Below the pieces are notes generated by a model. That model searched no databases, was not told the origin of the DNA, and saw only the letters and a list, made by a program, of their open reading frames with translations. DNA of 64,000 bases from Amoebophrya sp. A120 (Eukaryota > Protista > Dinoflagellata): positions 9,093,346 to 9,157,345 of the forward strand of contig CAJINV010000005.1 of assembly GCA_905178155.1 (NCBI GenBank). Reading direction: 5' to 3'. Below, in pieces: positions 35,736 to 48,834 of the stretch (the stretch's first letter is position 1; every line of letters starts with the position of its first letter). A program made the position numbers and the translations under genes.

Positions 35736-37238
35736 GAGCAGGAGCAGTTGTTTTGTGAAAAATTGAGCGGCATTGACTACTGCGATACGGTCGATGAAAT
35801 TTTCAACAAGTGCGTTCGTTTGCCATACGGGAGCTGGTTGTGTTCTTCGTTCTTGCGAAGTCTCGTTCTTGCGAAGTGTCACGGGAGCGGACTAAGGTTT
35901 CGACTTGCCTCTGACATGCAGTAAGCGACAGCATGTCTGCCATCGCGTCCGCCATTGCACAACCTTGCGGATTTGGGCGCCCTGGCCGCCGTGGTCCACG
36001 ACCGAGATAAAAAAGAGGCGCGGAGCTTCGCGGGCCAGTCCAGGGGAGCGGTCCGGCGCCGGGGAACGGTCGGGAACGGGAAGTGCGACGCGCGGCGGAG
36101 AGGCTCCTAGCTGATTAAGCCGCTCGCGAGCGGCCTAGCGCACTCGTGTCACTTCGCGGGGCAGCGAAGCACGCGGGCGAGCCGCTTGAAGCGCACCGCC
36201 TCCCTGCCGCGCGCCTACTTTTTCCGAAACAAAGCGCGCCAAGGGTTGCGGGCGCCCTGTTTGGCCCCGGGCCCCACCGCGGGCAGGCGGCCGGAAGGGG
36301 GCGCGGGGGTGTTGTCGGGGCTGGAGAAGAGGGGCCTAGGCGGCTACTTACGGGCCGCGGCCAAACGCGCCGCGCCTTCGCCTCGCCGCATGGGCCAGGG
36401 CCCCGCGCGCTCGCCTCGTCCTATGCGCCCCCGCCTTGCCGCACAGGCTTGCGCCCCCGCCTCGCCGCACGAGCGGGCGCCGACTGGGCCGACATCGACC
36501 GCGGATTAACAAAGAAAAGGCGCACCCAGTGGAGCCGCGCCAGCAGTTTACGCAGGAGGGGCGTGCGGCGCGATAGCTTGGCGCCGGCCGCCCCCTGTAG
36601 AGGCCGCCCAAAGGGGGCGGCGGGCGCTTTCTTGGCCCCCCCCCCTCCCGCCCCCGCACCCATGGCGGCCGCCTTTTGCTGTGGCAGGCCGGGCGCCGTC
36701 GCTACGCGGGCGCCCGCTGTTTTTCATCGCGCCCCCGGCCTTCCCCGCGGGCCGGGGTTTGGCGGGCCACCGGCGCGCGACAGTTGCGCCGGGCCTGCCG
36801 TGGTTGCGGGGGGGGCGCAGGCTGGCCAGCGCGCGCAGTTTTGCCGTATGCCCGCTGGGTTTTCGCCCCCTGGCGGGATTGGCGCGCTGGTTTTTGTGTC
36901 GCCGCCGCCGAGGCCGCAGACAGGCGGCGCACCCCCAGGGACGCAGCGATGGCGTATTTTTTGCTGCGAGACGTGCTGGCGCACTACTCACTTTGGCAGC
37001 CCGGCCTATCTCTCACCGCTGCGCAGCATTCGTGAGCGTTTTCTTCTGTGGAGCGCCCGTTGTGTTCAAGCTTGTGGAGGGGCGGTGGCGCGTTTCTGAG
37101 CAGTAGGGGGTGGAGAGGAGATGATAAATTGACAGGCACCACGACTGTGGTGCGCGATAAATTTCCTGGCTGATGTTCCTCGTGCCAAAACCCGCGCAGC
37201 AGCATGCAAGAGCGCGCACGTGAAAAAACCAAGTCAAG

Positions 37239-40200
37239 ATGGTCCACCAGCTTTCGCGCCGAAAACTCCAGTTGTCGAAACGAGCTGCAGCAGCTGCGCT
37301 GCTCCACGCAAGCGCAACTCTAATACACCTGAAAAAAGTGGAAGCGCTGGTAATAGCGAAGGAGCACGCGGCCGCAGCTACTACAGTTTCAGCCGAGAAG
37401 ACAAAGCACCGAGCTGCATTTCGTCGAAAGCAGACATCTACCGCAGCGGGTAGAAAGCTGTCTTCTTCTTCTTCCGAAGCTGCAGCTTCATTAGACTCCA
37501 ACAACGAAGCGTCGTTCTCTACAACCAACGTCGCGGCTTTGCAGGAAATCGACCCCGTTCTTCCACCCTCCGCATCAGAAACTACTGCAACTACTTCCAA
37601 GAAGAAAACCAAAGCAGAAGCCGCACAAAAGGCCTACGAGCGGGATCAGGCGCTTTTGAGAAAATTGGAAGGAGAACAGAGTGGCGGCGATAAAGAACTA
37701 CAAGACGCTGACGCTCCTGCTGAGACAACCGAAACAACCAACGATATGAAGACGGACGAAGGGGAAAACTCCGCAGCAGCAGTAGAGGAAAGAACATCTT
37801 CTGCTTCATCAGGCGAGGCGGTTTTGCAATCGAAACGCCGGAAGGGGAAATCAGTTTCAAAACAAGTGCCCCCAGCTGCAGGAACGACACCGTCGAATCA
37901 CTGCTGGGTCAAGGAAATAGCCGACAAGGATTAGTATCCAGCAGGGGAAGGTTGCTTTGGGTCGCAGAATGGAGGTTGGAATCAGATTTCCATCTCGTGT
38001 TACTCGTCTATTATACCAAAACCACTGAGCTGGAAGTTGTGTGTTGCACATCGAAGCATCTTTGAATCTGAAATGTGTTATCAATACCGATGGTGCATGA
38101 AACAGCAACACAAATTCACCTGACTATTCCCGACTCAAGAAGAACCTTCTGAGCCTGCATAACCCCGACTGTGCCCAGTTCGACACGGACGAAGGAAGTT
38201 GCAACGGCGACGCAAAATGCTACTTCGGGCCCAGCCCGGCGATCTGGCGGGTTTGCAGCATGGAAAACGTGAAAAAAACCGCGGACAACGACGAAGTAGA
38301 GGAAATTTGCAACGAGAAGTGCCTTATGCATTGCAAAAGCGTCGTATGAGGTATAAATTGCATCACAAATTTTTTCAAGAAGAAAAATGAAATTTGTAAT
38401 GCTGTTTTACCTAAAAAGGGATATTTGTCATGCACGATAGCAATTACTACGAGCGCGATGCTTTTGCAGTGGATACGCGTCGCGTTTTACAATAGTTGTT
38501 ACGATCTGGACGAAACCGACCAGGAGTTCAACGCGACGCAGAAGAAGTGCATACGCATTGCAAATATGTCTGGGTCTGGAAACTTGTGATGCAAGGAAGG
38601 GAATAAGTGAGCAAGCACACCCACACTGTAATCCCTGCGCAGCATGACAAGACTTTCCGCAGTTCTGAGTTGCGTACTCCGGAGCATGAGAAACTTCGTT
38701 TTTGCATGACAGGAAAGCGGAGCTTTTCGCTGCCACACAATACAGAGTTCAGAGTCATGCCAGACCCACCAGCATGACAAATCTCGCAATTATCTCCCAG
38801 ACCCAGACAGATTTGCAGCTGATAGCGCAAGTTCGACGACAACGTGTGCGGCCAGCAGCTGGACGATTGGCGGGACACTTGCGGGATCGGGAAACCGAAC
38901 GAAGTGAAGGACCCGAATTTTGTGGAGCAGCACTACACCAGCTGTCTCGCGACGGGGGGAACGGGGGAAGGAGGAGTGGCGAGCGGCGCACCACTGGCGA
39001 ACAAGGGGCAGGTGCAGACGAGTCAGTGGTACCCCGGGGAGAAGGCACTGAAGGACTCGGTGTATTGCCAGGGGAGTTTTATTATGCTCTGCAAAAGTTT
39101 CGTGCCGGTATGGATTGCGGTCTTGCATGACAGATCTCTCTCCAAACGTACATCAGCATTACACGTTTCACCGTGGACGCAATTTGTGATGCAGTTTCTA
39201 CTATCAGTACGATAGTTGTTTTGCAATGCATATTCATGCTGAACGCCGCGAATCTGACCGTGTGGGTGCCGCGACCGGAAGATTTGTGTGTCGGGGCGAT
39301 GCGGTACCTGAACGGGCCGACGGCGTGCACGTACTACAGTTTTCTTGTAAAGGCAGTTTTGGTAAAGGAGAAATGTTGTGATGCAAATTGTCATAGACAA
39401 AAGAAAAGTGATTTCTATTGCATGAAATCCACTTCAATATCAAAGGTACGACAATGCCACGCAGTCTTGCCGTCCCCGGATGGCCGCGTGCAGCGCGCCA
39501 AATGCAACGTACGCGTGCGAGGCCTGGGCGCATTGCAAGGTGATATCAGTTGTAAAAAGGTCTGGGTCTGGAAGCATGCAACTTCTGATGCTATTTTTGA
39601 AATCTAGGAGAATCTGCATTGCATGAGCAGCAAGAGGCGTGCAGTTTTTGCTCCGAGGAGGGGGCATTTCATCTCATTCAGGATAGGCATCGAGATGCAC
39701 ACAGAAAATCTGTATCGCTGGAGCATACATCACAGACCTTACGGGTCATGCAAAATGTGCATGACAGACCGACTCGGTAGGTTTTTGTTGTTAGCACAGG
39801 CTTACTCTTGACGTGTTACATCGAGCAGGCGGAGTCTGGGCAGACGGTAGCCAGCTATTTGAGTAGAAAAGCTAGGATAGAAGCAGGCGATGGGCAAGTA
39901 GAGGACAAAAGCTAGGTTTCGAGCGGACTGAGTGCTTACCAGCTTTGAGGGTGTAGCGCCGGTAATATCTACCGTGTGCGCCGTCCTAGCGGTGTAGGAC
40001 GCGCGTGACGAGGAGCTTCGCCGTCGGACTTGACAAGCTCCGCTGCTGCGCGATGGGGTCCTCAAACGTTAGGCGGTGTGAGTTTTTTTTTTCTACGTAA
40101 AAAACAAGTCTAAAGTCCTGGCAAATTTGCAAAAATTGCCGGGAAATAGGTTTCCGGCTTGGCTGCCTGTGGCTGCCTAAAGACCTAAACCCCCAGGGAG

Positions 40201-41019
40201 TAACGGAAATGAAGCACTACTCCTCGATAAACGATTTTATGAGTGAAGCATTTATCAAAAGGAAAAATCCCCCCTCCGCATATCAAAACGAGTTTTCTGA
40301 TGCTGGATTTGGGTACACAAATCAAATTTGTGTTGCAGTAGAGGATGGCACGCAGATCCGAAGCCTAGGTAAGGGCCTCTTGGTGTAGGCGCCTGGCATG
40401 GTAGACGGCTAGCCCGTAGGCCTTAGAGCATTACAAATCGCCTGCATTACGTGGCGGAAAGCGTGAGCGCGCCTGCTTGCAAGGCAGACGCGATCTGCGG
40501 TCACAAATCTTGACTCAAACACATAGAGGCCCCTCGCTTGGGAACACCTCATTGATGAGCTTCTACGCGAAAAAACAGCTTGGGGCCCAAGAAAAAAGAA
40601 AAACGCGCATGAGAAACCTTGCAATCTTCCAGACCTAGACAGATTTGCATTTGATAGGTGCTACCGGCGGACAACAGCTGCGGTCCGATTACGGATGCAA
40701 AAGAGATTGAGGCGAAGATGGCGCAGGCTATGAGCTACATGGCGCTCGGGTACGTATCCTGTGCAAAAGTATCGTGCTCGTATTGCAGTCATGCATTATT
40801 TTTCTTAAGGCAAATCCGCATTATCATGCTGAGGAAATTTGTAATGCATTTATACGAGTGCGATACTTCTTTTGCAATTCATAGTACGCGATCTCGGACA
40901 ACGTGGCGGTGATGAAGAACGGAACTAGTGGAGCAAACGCAGGAAGTGGTAGTACGGTGGCGGGGACCACAACAGCAGCAGCTGCGGCGACACCAGCGGG
41001 TACTGCGGCGGTTTTGTGA
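37239..41019 (+). CDS. Hypothetical secreted-like Cys-rich protein, paralog 1
   Basis: Hydrophobic N-terminus ending ..EALVIAKE, low-complexity linker, then Cys-rich domain QVQTSQWYPGE..SVYCQG..LCVGAMRYLNGPTAC..YACEAWAHCK. Five introners plus GT-AG introns 37934-38106 and 39331-39445. Confidence 0.75.
38325..38475. mobile_element. Introner family D
   Basis: TSD tgcct/cgcgt. Confidence 0.8.
38552..38824. mobile_element. Introner family C
   Basis: TSD gtgca/gcgca. Confidence 0.85.
39083..39232. mobile_element. Introner family D
   Basis: TSD tttat/ttcat; absent from paralog 2. Confidence 0.85.
39544..40656. mobile_element. Introner family C with nested insertion containing a truncated family-A copy (from 40253)
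   Basis: TSD ggtga/ggtgc; body breaks at ~39766 and resumes at ~40608. Confidence 0.82.
40755..40883. mobile_element. Introner family D
   Basis: TSD gtacg/gtacg. Confidence 0.88.
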
Positions 41020-41904
41020 AGCTGAAGAAGAGGTTGGGCGGTGGTGGGAGTGTAGTTTTAAGTACGTTTCGGTTTCGAAAGATTTTGGAGTTACTATGAC
41101 GAGCAAGTTTCGCACTACAGATTCAGAAGTTTCGCTTGCGTGCATGGAAGCTTGAGCTTTTCGTGGAGAATAGCAGACGCATGAGTTGCGGCATTGCTGA
41201 ATGAACACGGAAGTTGTATTTGCAAGTATCAACTCTTACTCTTCAAATGTAATGGAATGAAGGACTACATCTGGAATTCTAATTCAAGGTGGATCGTGAA
41301 GCCCCTGACTTCGCTTTCTCGAATGGGGCCTGCAAGATGCACAGCGGGTTCCGACTGCAGGGTGGACAGGGTGGACACAGCAGCTGTTTGAGAGATATAC
41401 ACATGCAACGCAGAGTGCGCAGTGCTCGGAGAGCTGAGGAAGAGTGGCTCTATGTTGAGGGTCGCGCGCTGCTTATTCATACATACTGTACAACAGAATG
41501 GTGAGAGGAATCAGACGCGTGCAGCTTTTGCGTCTTTGAGTGGGGTGGGTAGTGCGCCCAAGCCAGGCAGGCGACTAGCGAAGGCGCGCAAGTACGAGGG
41601 GCGGCATTTGCTCCAGCTTAGCCGCGGGCCTCTGCGGCTGCTGCGCTTCGTTTCGAGCGCGCGCGCGCTTGGCGATGCGCGCCGCGGCCGTGGCGTCGCC
41701 GGCTGGCCCCTTGAAAGGAGACACCAATGGGCGGCCGGGCGAACAAACGCAACACGCTGCAAGCCGGTGACCGCTCTCCAAGGAATCCGCAGCGGGGCCC
41801 CCTTGTCAGGCTCTTCCCTGATCGGCCCGGGCCCCGGGCCTCGTGGCGTGCGGCCCGCCGCCGTTCAGCATGCTGCCAGGGCGCGGCTTGGGGCGGCGGC
41901 TTGA

Positions 41905-41995
41905 TGTAGTGCATGAAGGCTTCGTCCATGAAAGCCGACGAAGGCCTGCCGTCCATGAAAGTCGACGAGGGCCGCGTCCATGAAAGTCGGGCCTC
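41905..41995 (+). repeat. Short tandem repeat (gtccatgaaag(c/t)cg, ~27-bp period, 3 copies)
   Basis: Motif recurs at ~41924, ~41951 and ~41976. Confidence 0.6.
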
Positions 41996-42602
41996 GTCGT
42001 CGATAAAGGCCCCTGCCGTGAAGGTCTCGGCGTCGCTGAAGGTTCCCGCGATGGAGATGTCCGCGTCGGTGAAGGTTTAGCCGCCGGCGTAGTGCGGGGG
42101 CGCACGCCCCAACCGCGCGGCCCCGGCTCTGAGGACTGCGCCGCCGGGCGCACGACATGGCGCCTGGGCCCGGCAGCCGTGTTGCCGGGCACGTAGTACA
42201 GGAGTGGCCGCGTTGCTTTCGTTGTCGGCGTGCTTCCTTTATTCGGGCGGGCCCGCGCCCTCCTATGGCGGTGCGATGCAGTGTGGCGCCCCGACATGAT
42301 GTTGGTCGGTCCGACGGCCGGCGCGCCATCGGGTGACAGGTGGCAGCGTTTGATGCTATCCTTGCCGGCCGCGTGCTACTACTGAAAAATGAGCTGTGCT
42401 ACATACGTCAGTCTTCATGCGAAGCCGGTGTTCATCGAGTCTTCGCGCAAGAGCCGCTAATTACAGCCGGCCACGCGCTGTTGGAAAAGCGTTCCAGCGG
42501 GGGCCGCCACAAAAAGGAATTCTTGCACACAAGAACCCACTACAAATAATCTATCAGTTCCACAGCCACCGATAACCATGTGACATTCCCCTAGTACTTC
42601 CC

Positions 42603-45186
42603 ATGAAGCGAAAAATGAAGCATCCGCTCCCGGTGCGGGGAACAGTTCCCCTGTTCTCCACAACAGCTGCCGGATCGATCGCAACACTTTTTCTCCACAC
42701 TGCTTCGCAAACAAGACAAATCCACGCACTGGTGATAGCGAAGGACGCAGCAGCAGCGGCAGCGTCGTCAGCAAGAACTTCTTCCACGTCGAAACAGAAG
42801 CCCACGAGCGCGACCTTTTCAACAAATTTGATCCCAGACGAGGTTTCCACGAAGACGGATATCAGGACAGAAACTACATCAGGCTCTTCTTCTGTATCCC
42901 TCGACCAGAAAAATAAATCTTCCTCCGCAAGCAAAAAGTCCGCTTCGAAGAAGAAGGCGAAATTAGAGGAGGCAAAGAAGACTTTCGAGCGGGACCAGAA
43001 GGAGCTGGAGAATTTACAGAAAGAAGAGGATGAAAACGAGGATACTATCCTATGTAAAAACGTCCCCACGACCCCATAGTCAAGATGGGGAATCGGCTAG
43101 ACAAGTCCGCGAGCTTTGGCCCGTTTGCATGACAAATTCGGAATCGCAGTCTAGTGCTGTTTGAGGTAGTTCAGCAGCATCACAGATCTGGCGCATCATG
43201 CTGATTGGCGCAATACAAATTCCAAAACACGATCAGAAGATGCTTCTCTTCCGGCTCCGCATGACAAACATTTTGGGCATGCAGATTTGCATGACAACTG
43301 TGCAGTGGGGACGTTTTTACACAGGATAGATACCACCGAAACTGAAAATGAGGAAGATTCGGTAGAGTCAGAGGGTAAATCAGCATCGGAGCAACTATAT
43401 CCATTGCAAATATGTCTGGGTCTGGAAGAGTCTATAGATTTGTGATGCATGTTTTGCAATGACCCATGATCGTCTGTGATGTATGCCCTACCATCACAGA
43501 TTTTTAGAACCCTTCCTAATGCCTATTCCGCATGACAAACGCCCTCCCGGCGTAGCACAAACTAGAGTCCTCCTGCTGGTGATGCAATACTTACAGATTT
43601 TTTTTAGATTCCAAAGTTGCCATCACAAGTTGCACTCTTCCAGACCCAGACATATTTGCAATGCATAAACTAGATGAGCTGGAGAAGGAGGAAGACGAGA
43701 GGACGGGGGACCACCAGGAAGAGTCTTCTTCCAACCCGTCATCCGCTACAGAAACAGTGTTGAACGAAAAGAAGTCAACAAAAGCTGCTAGTGCAGGAGC
43801 ATCATCATCTGCAACAAGTGCATCAACCACCTCTGGAAGTAGAACAAGAAAAGCGAAAAAATCACAATCGGAAATCGAGAAGGGGAACTTCGAAGCCAGT
43901 CTGCCCACCATCTATGAGGGTGCACAACTCCCCCTCCCCCTCATTTGTCATGCAAAACCGCAAATGCAAATCCATTTGGTGCCCTTTGGTTGTACTGTGT
44001 GCATGACAAGAAATTTCGGAAGGCCAAACGGCACTACCTTCGGCCGGTGAACTTGTCATGCACAGGCCCCAGGAGTGCTGGTGTTTGTTTTGCTGTTCAT
44101 GTCATACAAATGATGGGGAGATGGAGTTGTGCACTCTCATGCCATCCCCTCGGGTATCATAACCCCGCCAACCGCGGAGAAGGCGAAAGTGCCGAAATCC
44201 GTGTACAGCAAGGCGGAAGAGGCGATGTTTCTCAACAAGGGAAAGCAGGACCCCACTGCGGGAGTGGCCACCGCCACCGGGACCGCAACCCCAGCACCCG
44301 CCCCAGGAGCGACGAGCACAACACAAGCGGCGGGGGACGTGACAACCAAGGGCGGCGATCCCATGTCGCAGGCGCAGGTGCAAACAAGTCAGTGGTATCC
44401 GGGGGAGGGGGCGGCGAAAAATTCCGTGTACTGCCAGGGAGTTTTGATGCTCAACTCTGTGAATCAAACGGTGTGGGTGCCGAGAACGGAAAAGTTGTGC
44501 GCGGGGGCGATGCGATATTTGAACGGACCGAGGGCGTGCGAGTATTCTGGTTTGATATTAGTAAGTTGTCATGCCAAAAAGGGAATGCAGGCCCTGTTTG
44601 TCATGCATCCTAGCATCTCGTTATTGTCAAACACGTATTAATTTATTACATCAGGTACGACCAAGTTTCCAAAATTTGTCGTCCACGCACCGCCGCGTGC
44701 AAATCTCCGCAAGCGACCTACGCGTGCGAAGCCTGGGCCCACTGCAAGGTTACCGCGGACAACGGTTGCGGGCCGATAACGGATTTGAAGGCCATTGAGG
44801 GCATGATGGCAAAAGCGAACAGCTATATGGCGATAGGTATCCTGTGCAAATAAAGTACTATCGCACTCGTATATGATTGCAGATCTGCATGGCAAACTTG
44901 TGCTCTCGCGTAATTGTGCATGACAAATTGTATTCTTTAACGCGGAAGGACAATCTGTAATGCAAAAACTTATGCCACTTCTGCGATACTAGTTTTGCAA
45001 TGCATATTTGGGTACGCTTTGTCGGATGTAGTCGCGGTGGTGAAAAACGGAACGGCGAATGCGGCAGCCACTGCTGCGCCTGCAGCCGATGCTGCAACCA
45101 CTGCGGCGCCGGCGGCAGCTGCTGCAACCACTGCGGCACCGGCAGCAGCACCAGCGGCAGCTGCCGGAACAACGGCGGTTTTGTAG
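42603..45186 (+). CDS. Hypothetical secreted-like Cys-rich protein, paralog 2
   Basis: Shares (H/E)ALVIAK, (F/Y)ERDQ, QVQTSQWYPGE..SVYCQG..LCAGAMRYLNGP..YACEAWAHCK and a C-terminal AVL* with paralog 1. Four introners plus GT-AG intron 44542-44654. Confidence 0.75.
43046..43328. mobile_element. Introner family B
   Basis: TSD gatac/gatac. Confidence 0.9.
43398..43667. mobile_element. Introner family C
   Basis: TSD aacta/aacta. Confidence 0.9.
43913..44141. mobile_element. Introner family E
   Basis: TSD ccatc/ccatc; ends ATG. Confidence 0.88.
44838..45006. mobile_element. Introner family D
   Basis: TSD atagg/tttgg. Confidence 0.78.
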
Positions 45187-46156
45187 TGAACACCGGAAGT
45201 GGAGCCGGAAGACGAGAGGGAAACGGCGATAAGATGGAGATAAGCACAACTTTACGTGGGTGGAGTTGAAAAAAAAGTTTCTTTTTGAAGGAATAAAACG
45301 ACGTTGGACAGAATCAAATCTAGTGACAAGCAGAGAGGACTAGGTTTTTCAACATCAAACTTTATATTCTTGAGATTACAGGCAAAAAATTTGCAGGACA
45401 AATTTCGAATTTCATTTCAGATTACACCGGATTCCGAGCTACACAGGGAAGAATCTAAGTCTAGTATTTCGGCAAGTTAATCATGAGCTATGCTCTAGTA
45501 CTGATGAGTACGTGCGTAGCCCGTATGCTTTTTTGAATGCCACTCCTGTACACCAAAATTAATGAACATTCTCAAAGGTAGTTTCTTCAAAAACTCGGCA
45601 ACAAGTAGCAGCTGCATGTTTTCCATCCCCAAGGGACCAGTTTTGAGCAGGTTGCGAAAAAGAGAAAGAAGCTGTGGAGCTTTGGTACTTCACAAGATGC
45701 TGCCGTGCCGGCTTTCCAAGTTGTACAGCGCAATGCTGATTTCGTCTACTTGTTTTGTCCCTTCTGGTTGTCTCCGTAGTTGTAAAGAGGCTTGGTAGAG
45801 AGAAGAAGGAACTATTCCTGGAAGAGAGCGCAATATTTCTCGCATTTGCAATTCCGTCTCTGTTTTCGCTTCTCGGAGCGATCGAGCGATGAAAATGGAC
45901 AATGCCTAAGCTCCTGTACAGTGTCTTCTACCGAGAGATCAAAGAGAAATCTGCAAATTACACCCTTAGACCATGTTTACCTATGGCAAACGCACAGCTT
46001 TATTGTGAAGCTGCTACGAGAAGTGGCACTAGTAGAAATGCGTGTTTCTAGGTCGTCATGAGATCCTAGTATAGAGAATTTTCTTCCACCAGTAGAGTAG
46101 TGTGTACTCTGCATGCTTTTCACTATTCTCGTGGTAGAAAAAACAAGTACGCTAAT

Positions 46157-48834
46157 ATGGCGGAGATGCTCTCCAACCCGCCCTCCCCTGGCGGCAGCCC
46201 AACTTCTCCAGCTACTAAGCCCGGTTACAACCCTGAGAAACTCTCCACCAAAACCAAGCTACTCCTCGCCTCCGGGGAGGCAGTTCAGGGGGCCTGGACC
46301 ACCGTCGCCGGGTTTTTCCTGAACGCGTTTTTCCTAGAAACGTGCTGCTTATCGCCCCAACAGGTCGGGTTCATCCAATTGATCCAGGGCAGCTTCGACG
46401 CGGCGAACGATCCCTGCATCGGCTACTTATCCGACCGCACCAGGTGTTACGGGAGAAAATCCTTCATTAAGGGCCGACGACGCCCCTGGCTGTTCTACGC
46501 CGCACCCTTTCTCGCCGTGGTTCATAGTGCTCTATGGTGGCCGCTGGATGTCACCACTACCACTTCCACCCAGCGGTTTTGGTACTACTTGCTCTGCTAC
46601 ATGGGCGTGTCGATCGGAATTTCCTGTATTCAACTCCAGATCGTCACACTCTGTCCGGAGCTATCCGAGGACTATTCCGAGCGGGTGGAATTGAACGGGC
46701 TAAGGCTCGCCGCAGTCGTGATTTTCGGCTTCCTCATCGCGATAGTAAGACAAGCGATCATCTACACGGAGGTGTTTGGCGGTGGGGAAAATGGCGGGAT
46801 TAGGGCGAGCGGGATTGTGTTGTCGATTTTCATGCTGCTCGTCGCGTGGAACATTGTTTTCAACATTAAGGAGAAATTCGCGCCAAATCAAGAGTCGAAA
46901 GAAGAATTGTCCTTCTACAAATCCTTCTACGAAAATTTGCTGTGCAACAAGGCGTTCTGGTGTTGCGTCGGGACCTTCGTCTGCGGGCCGACGGCGATAG
47001 TGTTAGTCCAGGCGAATGTCGCGATGTTCTGCAAATACGTATGAAATGCAAAAGCATTGTACACTAGTAGAAATCGCATGACAAATTTCCTCAGCGTGAG
47101 AAATAAAATTTGTAATGGGGATTTGACTTGAGAAGGAAATTTGTTATGCATGACTGCGATTAGTACGAGTGCGATAAGTACTTTTGCAATGCATAATACG
47201 CTTTGAAAGACGAATCTATCGTGAATATCGTGTTGGGTTCCGTGCAAGCAACCGCGATATTCGCAATGTTCGGGTGGGCGAAACTAGTCTCCGGTCCATT
47301 GAAAAAGAAGAAACGGGAGAAGGCGCTGGGTGGGGGAAGCAAATCAGCAATAGCGAATGATCCGGATAATTTATTTCATACCACTGGTGATCAACGTGCC
47401 GCGGAGGTGGACGAGGATAATCATGTAGTCGGTGCAATCGAGATCGAGGATGTGGAACCGAAAATTTTTAGCTCCTCACTGGCCGCAGAAAATACCAGTA
47501 GCGGTTTGAACGAAATAGATCTTGGCGAGAAGCAACTGCGAGACGACCATCAATTCCCAAACGGGCTTGATGATGATGAACAACTCGCAGAAAAAGCAAT
47601 ACCAGATGGAGAAAATAAAAACTACCCCCAAGGAGGTAAAGCTGTCGCAGAAGAAGATCTTCAACACCAAGAGCCGCAGTCAAGAGCCGCCGCCGCCGCG
47701 ATGAAGATCACCGCGCTGTCCAGCGATTTCGCAGACTACGTCACTAGTACAACCACCTACGCGGGATCCTACGTGAAATCCGTGAAATTCCCCTACGTTC
47801 CACTTCTTCAGCAGACATCCGAACAGATTCTGGGCGTCGACTGGGACAAGCGGCACATGCTCCTCATCGGGGGCCCGATTCTCGCGGGGGCTTTGATAAT
47901 GGTCTCTTTCTTTGACGAAAACACACCAACCCTGGCGATCATTTTTACCTGTCTTGTCGTGGGCATGATGCTGCCGGTGGTGTATTTGACGCCGTATTCG
48001 CTCTTGCCAGACCTAATTGAAGACGACGAGATCCGAACGGGAAGGCGAAGAGAGGGTGTGTACGCCGGGTTTAGCAACGTCTCGTTAAAACTCTCGATCT
48101 CCGTGGCCCTCGCCGGCACAAACGGGTTACTGGAATCAGCCGGGTACCAGCCGCCGGCGACCTCTTGCGGCGGGACAGGAATTTCCGCTAATCCTGCCGA
48201 CATAGCAGACGGAACGTCCGTTGACGGGGACTACCAGCCACAGGCCGTGGTGGATATTCTGCGGTTTCTGATGGGGCCGGCGCCCGCGATTTGCATCTTT
48301 TTCGCCACGATATTCGCGTACAGTTTCCCGATCAGCAAGAGAAAAGCCACGCAAAACGTGAAGAAAGCGAGGAAGAGCAGGATGGAGAACTTGGAGAGAC
48401 AGGCGCAGGAGGACAAGTTGACGGAAGTCGACAAGCAGGCTTTGATGACTTTGAAACTGGAGGGGCAACTAGCGGCGAACGACGAGGAAGAGGAAAAAAC
48501 GACACTGGAATTCCGCGCAGAATCTCTTGAAAACAACTCCAGTTCCAGCAACAGTGGAGACGTCGGAATTATGCCGATGGGGAACGAGAACGACATGATC
48601 ATGCAGGGGTTTGGTAGTCACCAGACAGGCGGGGGTTTGATAATAAACGATAGTAGTGGAGAGGCAACAACGACGATGATGGAAATGAATACAACGCCGC
48701 CGACGGTTTTTGCGGTGAGAAAACGGTCCAAGGACATCAACTCGAAGGAGAATTTGGATTTTTCTGCAGCTGCTCGGGGGGATTTCGGCGAGGATGCTGC
48801 GGGAACTGATGGTACGGTGCCCGATGCGTTTTGA
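46157..48834 (+). CDS. GPH/MFS_2 family transporter (MFSD2/MelB-like), 2 exons
   Basis: FDAANDPCIGYLSDRT, GRRRPW, PELSEDYSERVEL, PYSLLPDLIE and RREGVYAG motifs with many TM segments. One introner at 47040-47195. Confidence 0.9.
47040..47195. mobile_element. Introner family D
   Basis: TSD atacg/atacg. Confidence 0.9.

Noticed and set aside
37934-38106. Apparent TIR-less non-canonical intron with gatta/gacta direct repeat
   Set aside because: An in-frame GT-AG solution exists (GAT TA|C AAC ACA), so it is treated as canonical.
14980-39237. Several TSD mismatches are synonymous (cta/tta, agg/aga, ggt/ggc, aag/aaa, tcc/tct, ttt/ttc), suggesting either copy may be used
   Set aside because: Only 6 of 20 mismatched pairs, and one alternative creates a stop codon; not distinguishable from chance here.
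25995-48834. Sulfoglycolysis-like cluster (YihQ-like GH31 plus a GPH-family transporter)
   Set aside because: The genes are 13 kb apart with unrelated genes between, the transporter looks like generic MFSD2/MelB type, and no other pathway genes are present.
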